Below, one piece after another: positions 25,229 to 32,000 of a DNA stretch of 32,000 nt. The notes beneath the pieces are model-generated. The model saw nothing but the letters and a program-made list of their open reading frames with translations. It ran no database searches and was not told the DNA's origin. Position 1 is the stretch's first letter; every line of letters starts with the position of its first letter. The stretch is taken from positions 2,880,001-2,912,000 of the forward strand of contig NZ_LN885086.1 of the NCBI RefSeq assembly GCF_001458695.1, read 5' to 3'. This stretch comes from Candidatus Nitrospira inopinata (GTDB taxonomy: Bacteria; Nitrospirota; Nitrospiria; Nitrospirales; Nitrospiraceae). A program made the translations under genes and the position numbers.

Positions 25229-25987
25229 ATGACGGAGAAACAGACGGACCCCTCAGTGGTGAACGCGACGGACGAACCGCAATTCTACGATCAGGGCCGC
25301 GACTGGGATACCGACTGGCGGCTGAGGCTCGAGGCGTCGGAACGAAAGGCCTGGTGGGTCGCGGGCACCGCCTGCGCCTTGGCGTTGATACTCGGAATTG
25401 GCATCGCCTGTCTCGCTCCCTTCAAGACCACCGTGCCCTACATCTTCGCGATCGATCGCGCCACCGGCAACGTGGAGCTGGTGAGCGCAGCGGATGATCG
25501 GACCGTGCTGGGCTACCAAGAATTGCTCGATAAACATTGGACGCAGAAATACGTGATCGCACGAGAGTCCTACTCATATCGACTGCTCCAAGCGGACTAT
25601 GACCAGGTCTTGGCGATGAGTACGGATGAAATCGGTCGCGACTACGCGAGCCTCTTTGACGGCGTGCACGCCCGCGATAAGCAGTTGGGGACCGGCATCG
25701 AATGGCGCGTGAACGTGTTGAGCGTGACCGTTCAGAGCGATGCGATTGGACCGAAGGCCACGGTGCGGTTCGAGAAGCAGGTGAAGCGGACCGACACGCA
25801 CAGCGGTGAACCGCCGCAGTATTTCATCGCGACGGTTTCCTACGAGTACCGCCACACGATGAAGGGCCAGGAAAAGGATCTGATCCAGAACCCGCTCGGC
25901 TACAAAGTGACGGGCTATCGGGTGGACGCGGAAATCGGGACGATCACGCCACCGACCTCGGTCCTGTCGATGGTCGAGAAGAAATAG
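25229..25987 (+). CDS. virB8: T4SS protein VirB8
   Basis: Bitopic, with a single TM (WWVAGTACALALILGIGIACLAPF) and a periplasmic NTF2-like domain. The size and position match VirB8. Confidence 0.82.
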   Translation: MTEKQTDPSVVNATDEPQFYDQGRDWDTDWRLRLEASERKAWWVAGTACALALILGIGIACLAPFKTTVPYIFAIDRATGNVELVSAADDRTVLGYQELLDKHWTQKYVIARESYSYRLLQADYDQVLAMSTDEIGRDYASLFDGVHARDKQLGTGIEWRVNVLSVTVQSDAIGPKATVRFEKQVKRTDTHSGEPPQYFIATVSYEYRHTMKGQEKDLIQNPLGYKVTGYRVDAEIGTITPPTSVLSMVEKK

Positions 25988-26002
25988 GGAGGGCACAGGA
26001 TC

Positions 26003-26929
26003 ATGAACGGCAGGAAGAAACACAGAGGGGCGATCACCGGATGGCTCATCGCCGTCCTCCTCTGCTCAGGAGCCTCATCGGACGCGGCGGAAGTCCCGGA
26101 GCCGGGCGACAGAGATCAACGAGTCCGTTACGTGACCTATCAGAAGGATGAAGTGACCAAAGTCACAGTCCGCCGTGGTGTCGTCACGCGCATTGTGCTG
26201 GGAGACGACGAACGCATCGTCATCGCCGGCAGCGGCTTTCTCGCGGACTGTGCGAAGCCGGAAGCGGAATGGTGCATCAGGGCTGATGTCGGGACCAATC
26301 AGGTCTGGGTGAAACCCAGGGACCAGGCGACGCATAACAATCTGGAGATCCGCACGGACAAGCGGGACTACAGCCTGGAGTTCACCGTCGTGGGAGGCGA
26401 TCGCATCGGACGAAAACAGCAGGCCGGGCAGGGAAAGCGCGGAACAGATGAGCCGATGTACCGTGTGATCTTCCGGCATCCACTGGTCCCGTCAAACCCT
26501 GCAGCCATCACGGCGATGCAAGCCTCGGTCCATCGCGCAAAACAAATGCGCGACAAGGCCGACCTCCTCACCGAGCGGCTGAATTCGTTTGTCCCCGAAC
26601 CGCGCAATTGGTCCTATTCGATGGAGGTGCTTCCGGGCGGCGAAGACATTTCTCCAACCCTCGTGTTCGATGACGGCCGCTTCACCTATTTTCTGTTCCC
26701 GCCCAATCGCGAGATCCCCGCCATCTTCTACTTCTCGCCGTTGGGTGAAGAAACCCGCATCAATTTCCACATGGAGAAGGACCTCGCCGTCGTGCAGCGG
26801 ATGGGGCGTCGGTTTGTGTTGCGCTTGGGCGATGCCGTGGTCGGCATCTGGAATGACGCTTACGACAAGACCGGGGTGCCCACCATCGAGGGGACCACCG
26901 TCTCGGGAATCACCAGGACCGTTCGCTGA
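26003..26929 (+). CDS. virB9: T4SS outer-membrane core protein VirB9
   Basis: Signal peptide followed by a CagX/VirB9-type N-terminal segment (RVRYVTYQKDEVTKVTVRRGVVTRIVL). It sits between virB8 and virB10. Confidence 0.82.
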   Translation: MNGRKKHRGAITGWLIAVLLCSGASSDAAEVPEPGDRDQRVRYVTYQKDEVTKVTVRRGVVTRIVLGDDERIVIAGSGFLADCAKPEAEWCIRADVGTNQVWVKPRDQATHNNLEIRTDKRDYSLEFTVVGGDRIGRKQQAGQGKRGTDEPMYRVIFRHPLVPSNPAAITAMQASVHRAKQMRDKADLLTERLNSFVPEPRNWSYSMEVLPGGEDISPTLVFDDGRFTYFLFPPNREIPAIFYFSPLGEETRINFHMEKDLAVVQRMGRRFVLRLGDAVVGIWNDAYDKTGVPTIEGTTVSGITRTVR

Positions 26930-26938
26930 GAAACGAAA

Positions 26939-28336
26939 ATGGAACAACCACAAGAGTCGAACAAGCGAACTGAGCAGAAACCTCCCATCGTCGATGGGAT
27001 TGTGTCGGTCAACCACCAGGCTAGTGGCAGGAATGAGACAGCGGCGCGTGTGGCGTTTCTTGTCGTGATGGCCATTGTGGTCGTCGTGGGACTCGTCTTT
27101 GCAGCTAATACGTTGCACGCGAAGCGGAAGGCGGAAGCCACGCAAGAGGAACGGGCATCGAAGGTGGAGAACAAACCAGCCCAGGTCGGACTCAGGCGGG
27201 TCTTCGAGACCGACCTCGATCCTCTGACACCTCAACACACCACCGCAATCGTGCGGTCGAGCAGCCAGTCCGCTGACCATGCGAGGCGATCGCCCATCGA
27301 CAGAGGAATCGATGACGGAAGCCAATCACTGGGACTGGCTCCTGACCAGACACCAGGCAACCCATCACTCACCAGACGTGCTTCCAGTCGGTTCGGTGGA
27401 GAAGTCCTTGTAACGAACTCCCCTGCTTCGGACAATCCCCGGACTCAACAAGTAGGAACCGGACCAGACGCGGCCATCTCCTTGGTCCGCGAGCTCCTCA
27501 ACGGCGCAAGACAGCCGGACGCGGGGTCAGGGAGCCTGCTGGGCGGACCAGCGATGCCGGTCAGCACGGGGACAGACACAGGAAGCTCGACGCCCCAGTC
27601 GGTCGGGTACATGGGCGGACCCAGCGGCCTGTCGGTTGGCGTGACGAGCGTCGGTCTCGCGGCGCCACCCGGTCCTGCGGCCAGCGGAGCCGGTCCCATC
27701 GGTGGGCTCCTGACGCCATCGGATACCCCAAAAGTCCAAGCCGGTCTCTTGGGTGATCGAAATCTCATCTTGCCAAAAGGCAGAACGATCGACTGCGCCT
27801 TGACCGTGCGGGTGATCAATGAAGTCGCCGGCATGGCGACCTGTGTCTTGAACAGCGATGTCTACAGCGACAACAGCCGCGTGGTGCTCCTCGAACGAGG
27901 ATCGGAAGCGGTCGGCGAATATGCAGCGACCATGGCGCAGGGCCAGCGCCGCCTCTTTCTCCTCTGGACTAGAGTCAAAACTCCAATGGGTGTCGTGATC
28001 AATCTGAATTCACCGGCCGCTGATGCCCTCGGCACTTCTGGGTTGGTCGGCTACGTGGACAACCATTGGTGGGACCGGCTGGGCGCGGCCTTTCTCCTCT
28101 CACTCGTGCAGGACGGGATCGGCTTGGCCACCGCAACGCAGGCTGGTGGCGGGGGCGCGCAGAGTCTGGGGATCTATCAACATTCCGCCACGACGGGAAA
28201 CCGCATGGCCGAACTCATTCTTCAATCGACCATCAACATCAAACCCACGCTCTACAAGAACCAGGGCGACCGCGGGACCATCTTCGTCGCGCGGGATCTG
28301 GATTTCAGCACTGTCTATGAACTGCATCCCCACTGA
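26939..28336 (+). CDS. virB10: T4SS core protein VirB10/TrbI
   Basis: It has an N-terminal TM (VAFLVVMAIVVVVGLVFAA) and a Pro/Gly/Ser-rich linker. The C-terminal TrbI barrel reads DRNLILPKGRTIDCALTVRVINEV...GDRGTIFVARDLDF. Confidence 0.88.
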   Translation: MEQPQESNKRTEQKPPIVDGIVSVNHQASGRNETAARVAFLVVMAIVVVVGLVFAANTLHAKRKAEATQEERASKVENKPAQVGLRRVFETDLDPLTPQHTTAIVRSSSQSADHARRSPIDRGIDDGSQSLGLAPDQTPGNPSLTRRASSRFGGEVLVTNSPASDNPRTQQVGTGPDAAISLVRELLNGARQPDAGSGSLLGGPAMPVSTGTDTGSSTPQSVGYMGGPSGLSVGVTSVGLAAPPGPAASGAGPIGGLLTPSDTPKVQAGLLGDRNLILPKGRTIDCALTVRVINEVAGMATCVLNSDVYSDNSRVVLLERGSEAVGEYAATMAQGQRRLFLLWTRVKTPMGVVINLNSPAADALGTSGLVGYVDNHWWDRLGAAFLLSLVQDGIGLATATQAGGGGAQSLGIYQHSATTGNRMAELILQSTINIKPTLYKNQGDRGTIFVARDLDFSTVYELHPH

Positions 28337-29426
28337 TCTTCTGGCGCACGACACGATGGTGCGCGAGCTGTTACGACCCTTGCTTCGGTACCTCGCGCTC
28401 CCAGGCGCGACCGAGATCGTCGTCAATCGGCCACAGGAAGTCTATATCGAGGTCGGCGCAGCCTGGCAGCATCATCGCTCACCGGACCTGACCCTGGATC
28501 GACTCACTGCCCTCGCCACGGCCATCGCGACAGCGACCGAGCAAGAGATCGGATCGCACCACCCGATTTTGTCCGCCATGTTGCCCGATGGGGAACGGGT
28601 GCAAATCGTGCTGCCACCGGCAGTGGAACTGGGAACCATCTCCATCTCAATCCGGCGCCCCAGCGCATGGATCAAGACACTGGAGGAATATGAAACAGAG
28701 GGAGCCTTCAGCCGCTACGACTGGGCCAAGGCGGCGACGCTGGATCGTCGCGTTTCCGACCTCGATCCCATCGAGCGACAGCTCGTGCAGGATCTGACTC
28801 ATCGTCAATTGGGTCAGTTCATTCGGGCGGCGGTGCTGGCGAAGAAGAACATTGCCGTCGTGGGGGACACAGGCTCCGGTAAAACCACGCTGATGAAATC
28901 GATCTGTCAGGCGATCCCCAAACAGGAACGGCTGATCACCATCGAAGATGTGCGCGAACTGTTGCTTCCCCAGCATGGCAACCGGGTGCATCTCCTCTAC
29001 GCCAAAGGAGGATCGGGAGCGGCAACCATCACACCGTCTGAGTTGATTGCCTCTACGCTCCGCATGAAGCCGGACCGGGTGCTCCTCGCCGAGTTGCGCG
29101 GCGGAGAAGCGTTCGACTTCCTCAAACTCCTCACCACCGGTCACAGTGGATCGATTACCTCCTACCACGCGGAATCCTGTGCTCTTGCGGCCGAACGCTA
29201 TGTCTTTATGTGCAAAGAGCACGAACAGGCCGCGACCTACGATGTGCCGACCCTGAAGCGCCTGGTGGCCTTGACCATCGACGTGATCCTCCATGTGGTG
29301 GCTCAGAATATCGACGACGAGGAAGGACGGCCCATCAGAAAAGATCGCTACGTGGCGGAAGTCCATTATGACCCGATCGCGAAACTCGTGGCGCGATTTG
29401 GAGAAGCCACCCTGGTGAGGGCGTAG
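28317..29426 (+). CDS. virB11: T4SS hexameric ATPase VirB11
   Basis: It has Walker A GDTGSGKTT, the Asp box ITIEDVREL, Walker B VLLAELRGGEA and the His box TGHSGSITSYH. The track start at 28023 lies inside virB10 and was rejected. ATG 28317 overlaps virB10 by 20 nt, and ATG 28356 (MVRELLRPLL) is an equally plausible start. Confidence 0.88.
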   Translation: MNCIPTDLLAHDTMVRELLRPLLRYLALPGATEIVVNRPQEVYIEVGAAWQHHRSPDLTLDRLTALATAIATATEQEIGSHHPILSAMLPDGERVQIVLPPAVELGTISISIRRPSAWIKTLEEYETEGAFSRYDWAKAATLDRRVSDLDPIERQLVQDLTHRQLGQFIRAAVLAKKNIAVVGDTGSGKTTLMKSICQAIPKQERLITIEDVRELLLPQHGNRVHLLYAKGGSGAATITPSELIASTLRMKPDRVLLAELRGGEAFDFLKLLTTGHSGSITSYHAESCALAAERYVFMCKEHEQAATYDVPTLKRLVALTIDVILHVVAQNIDDEEGRPIRKDRYVAEVHYDPIAKLVARFGEATLVRA

Positions 29427-29434
29427 AGGAACCG

Positions 29435-31498
29435 ATGTCACGCAAAAGCATGCGGATCGCGATGGCCTTGTTGCTCTATCTTCCGCTTGGGCTCTGCGGA
29501 GCCGATGCCCTCGCCGGCGCCGTCTTCACGCTCGCCAACAAGCAGATGCCCGAAGCCTTCTCCCTGAGCAGCTGGCCCGACTCCTGGCGAGCCTATCGAG
29601 ACGATCCGATTCAGCGGAAGCGACTGCAATTCTCCGCCGCAGTCGGCGGATTCGTCGGATTCGGTCTCCCGGCGCTACTGCTGGTGTCCCTGACCAACCG
29701 GAAGAAACCGCTCCATGGCGAGGCGCGATTTGCGTCTCATGATGAGATTCAACGGGCTGGACTCTATGGAGAGCGTGGCGTCATCGTGGGAAAAGTCGGG
29801 CGGCGGTACTTGGTCTATGGGGGCCAAGAATTCGTGTTGCTGGCGGCGCCGACCAGATCTGGCAAAGGCGTGAGCATCGTGCTCCCGAACCTCCTCCATT
29901 ACGATGAGTCGGTCGTGGTGTTGGATATCAAAATGGAGAACTTCGCCTACACGTCGAAGTTCCGACAGGCGCACGGTCATCACGTCTACCTGTTCAATCC
30001 CTTTAGCGCGGACGGCCAGACCCATCGTTGGAACCCATTGGATGCGGTCGATCGGGACCCGAATCGCCGTGTAGGTGAGATCCAAGCCATCGGGCAGGTG
30101 CTCTATCCCACGGAGCAGATCAAAGACGCCTTTTGGAATGAGTCTGCCCGCAACCTCTACCTCGGCCTGACCCTCTCTATCATGGAGACTCCCTCCTTAC
30201 CCTGCAGTCTCGGAGAAGTGCTCCGCCAGGCCTCCGGCAAGGGTCAGCCCATCAAGGACTATCTGCAAGACCTCATTGCCACCAGAGCCAAGAGTGACGC
30301 CCCGTTGAGCGACGACTGTACGGCGGCCCTACACCGGTTCTGCGCCACCAGCGAGAATACGATGGCGAGCATTCTCGCGACCCTGACCGCCCCACTCACC
30401 ATCTTCAGTAATCCCATTGTCGATGCGGCGACGAGTGCGACGGATTTCGACCTGAAACAGATGCGCGCGCAGCGGATGTCGATCTATGTCGGCATCCCCG
30501 CCAATCGGCTCAGCGATGCGGCGCTGCTGGTCAACCTGTTCTTCTCCCAACTGATTCACTACAACACCGTCGACTTGCCCGCGACGAATCCCCGCTTGAG
30601 GCACCAGTGCCTCGTGATCCTGGATGAGTTCCCTGCCCTCGGGCGGGTCAATATTCTCGCCAAGGCCGTCGGCTTCATGGCCGGCTACAATCTACGTCTG
30701 CTCCCGATCATTCAGAGCCTCTCCCAGCTCGAATCGGTCTACGGGGAAAAGGACGCGCGCACCTTCGTCACGAACCATGCCTGCCAGATCCTCTTTGCGC
30801 CTCGCGAACAACGAGATGCGCAGCACTATTCCCAGATGTTGGGCACCTATACGGCCGAGGCGATCTCGACCGGCACGAGCCGACCCCTCGCCTGGGGAAG
30901 CGGTAAGCAGGCCTCATCCAGTTCCACCCACTCCGAACAAGCACGGTCTCTGCTGCTACCACAGGAATTGAAGGAACTGGGAGACCAGCGGGCGATCATC
31001 AACCTCATGCATACGAAGCCGATCCTCTGCGACAAGGCCCGCTTCTATGCCGAGCCGGTCTTCATCGATCGGTTGAAGCGCATCAGTCCGTTCCTTGCGT
31101 CGGTCGGGAAGCGGATGCCGACCCAAACGGAACTCGAAGAGGCGGCCTTTGTACGCCGAGAGCTGTCCGTGGAGATTCCCCGGCTCGATTTGGACCTCCA
31201 TCGCGCGAAGGTCGAAAGACGAGTGCGTCCAATACAACCAGATGAGCCGATGGACCTGTCGAAGCTGGCAATGGACCTCACCACCCTCCCGCCGGTCCTG
31301 GCGCACGACACACCGACGCCTGAAGAAGTGAACAATCTGGTCGATGCCTTTGTCGCCCAGCTGCAATGGACCGACAAGGTCGATGACGACATCTCAGAGA
31401 AGATGAGTTCCGTGAGGGAAGAAGGAAGAGCCCAGAGAACAGAGAGGAACGTTGATCGATCCTTGGTGGATCGAGACAGAGAAGAGAGGGACATATGA
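29435..31498 (+). CDS. virD4: Type IV coupling protein VirD4/TraG family
   Basis: 687 aa with N-terminal TM helices, Walker A APTRSGKGVS and Walker B LVILDEFPALG. It carries the TraG/VirD4 motif and an acidic C-terminal tail. Confidence 0.9.
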   Translation: MSRKSMRIAMALLLYLPLGLCGADALAGAVFTLANKQMPEAFSLSSWPDSWRAYRDDPIQRKRLQFSAAVGGFVGFGLPALLLVSLTNRKKPLHGEARFASHDEIQRAGLYGERGVIVGKVGRRYLVYGGQEFVLLAAPTRSGKGVSIVLPNLLHYDESVVVLDIKMENFAYTSKFRQAHGHHVYLFNPFSADGQTHRWNPLDAVDRDPNRRVGEIQAIGQVLYPTEQIKDAFWNESARNLYLGLTLSIMETPSLPCSLGEVLRQASGKGQPIKDYLQDLIATRAKSDAPLSDDCTAALHRFCATSENTMASILATLTAPLTIFSNPIVDAATSATDFDLKQMRAQRMSIYVGIPANRLSDAALLVNLFFSQLIHYNTVDLPATNPRLRHQCLVILDEFPALGRVNILAKAVGFMAGYNLRLLPIIQSLSQLESVYGEKDARTFVTNHACQILFAPREQRDAQHYSQMLGTYTAEAISTGTSRPLAWGSGKQASSSSTHSEQARSLLLPQELKELGDQRAIINLMHTKPILCDKARFYAEPVFIDRLKRISPFLASVGKRMPTQTELEEAAFVRRELSVEIPRLDLDLHRAKVERRVRPIQPDEPMDLSKLAMDLTTLPPVLAHDTPTPEEVNNLVDAFVAQLQWTDKVDDDISEKMSSVREEGRAQRTERNVDRSLVDRDREERDI

Positions 31499-32000
31499 CG
31501 ACATCTATGAAAAGACAGGCGCGACTTCATGTGCTTGTGATTCTGATCGCCTGCACCACTACGCTGGCTTGTGTGCAGAAACCAGTCGTGCCATCCGGTG
31601 CGGCTCGCGTGCCCATCAACAGCGACGAGCTGATTCAGCAATACCGCGAGCGGGTGAAGAGCGACCAGCGCGAGAAGCAGGAGCGGAGTCTCCTCACCAG
31701 GCAGCTGGACAGCCTCACCCAACAGGTCCAGGAGTTGAATACCGCACTGACGCTCGTTCAACTCCAACAGCAAGAACTGGCCAAGGGCAAATCTCGGTTT
31801 AGCCCCACGATGACAAAAACAGCACTTACGAGCAACCCACTTTCCCCAGAGTCGAGAGGGCCACTGACGAACACCCCGCTACCCGGTGAAGGTGACAATT
31901 CTCCGTCTACCTCTGATCAGAGCCTGTCACGGACCGAGGCAACGCAGAGTGAAGAGGAGCGATCAACCTCGGTGGGGCCAGCTTGCAGCGCTGGACCATC
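31495..32000 (+). CDS. Putative lipoprotein with coiled-coil and Ser/Thr/Pro-rich linker, translationally coupled to virD4 (partial, runs off the right edge)
   Basis: ATG 31495-31497 overlaps the virD4 TGA (ATGA). The product reads MTTSMKRQARLHVLVILIACTTTLACVQKP... with lipobox LIAC. A heptad-like stretch QREKQERSLLTRQLDSLTQQVQELNTALTLVQLQQQEL follows, then a low-complexity linker. There are no stops to position 32000. It is absent from the ORF track because it has no stop in the window. Confidence 0.6.
   Translation, partial: MTTSMKRQARLHVLVILIACTTTLACVQKPVVPSGAARVPINSDELIQQYRERVKSDQREKQERSLLTRQLDSLTQQVQELNTALTLVQLQQQELAKGKSRFSPTMTKTALTSNPLSPESRGPLTNTPLPGEGDNSPSTSDQSLSRTEATQSEEERSTSVGPACSAGP

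Larger units (their letters stand above)
18992..32000. mobile_element. Conjugative-element backbone fragment (plasmid or ICE): radC-like gene plus a VirB/VirD4 mating-pair-formation operon, partial
   Basis: It holds a complete set of MPF-T type T4SS genes plus a coupling protein, with a radC-like gene as commonly found on conjugative elements. No relaxase, integrase or att/oriT could be defined in the window, so the boundaries are unknown. Confidence 0.55.

Noticed and set aside
28023-28316. Upstream extension of the virB11 ORF (track start 28023).
   Set aside because: - It lies wholly inside the well-supported VirB10 C-terminal barrel in another frame.
- It translates to Arg/Ser/Pro-rich junk.
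- VirB11 homology begins near MVRELLRPLL.

Overview
This is a GC-rich bacterial accessory region with two parts. All calls come from motif and architecture recognition by eye; no homology search was run.

**Positions 1-19.5 kb, all on the minus strand: a heavy-metal island.**
- A P1B-type ATPase with no N-terminal metal-binding domain.
- A small SHOCT-domain gene interrupted by an in-frame TAG.
- A czcCBA-like divalent-cation RND operon.
- Two tandem paralogous genes for roughly 60-aa membrane proteins.
- A small exported protein carrying an HGCPCH motif.
- A cusCBA-like Cu/Ag RND operon. Its CusB carries a long periodic (G-M-x)n methionine tract and an extra C-terminal beta-rich domain.
- A small exported Cys protein sitting just upstream of cusC.
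- A merR-merT-merP module with a MerR-type long-spacer promoter and no merA. A Cys-rich CMD/AhpD-fold protein sits where merA is normally found.
- A short RadC-like JAB protein.

**Positions 20.1-32 kb, plus strand: a VirB/VirD4-type conjugative type IV secretion operon.**
- The gene order is virB2, B3, B4, B6, a B5/TrbJ-like gene, B8, B9, B10, B11, virD4, then a translationally coupled lipoprotein that runs off the right edge.
- No relaxase, integrase, VirB1, tRNA, rRNA or CRISPR array was seen.

**Most interesting items.**
- The merA-less mer module with the CMD protein.
- The tandem small membrane paralogs and the small Cys proteins that punctuate the efflux operons.
- The unusual CusB.
- The amber-interrupted SHOCT gene.
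- The APC-motif ATPase.
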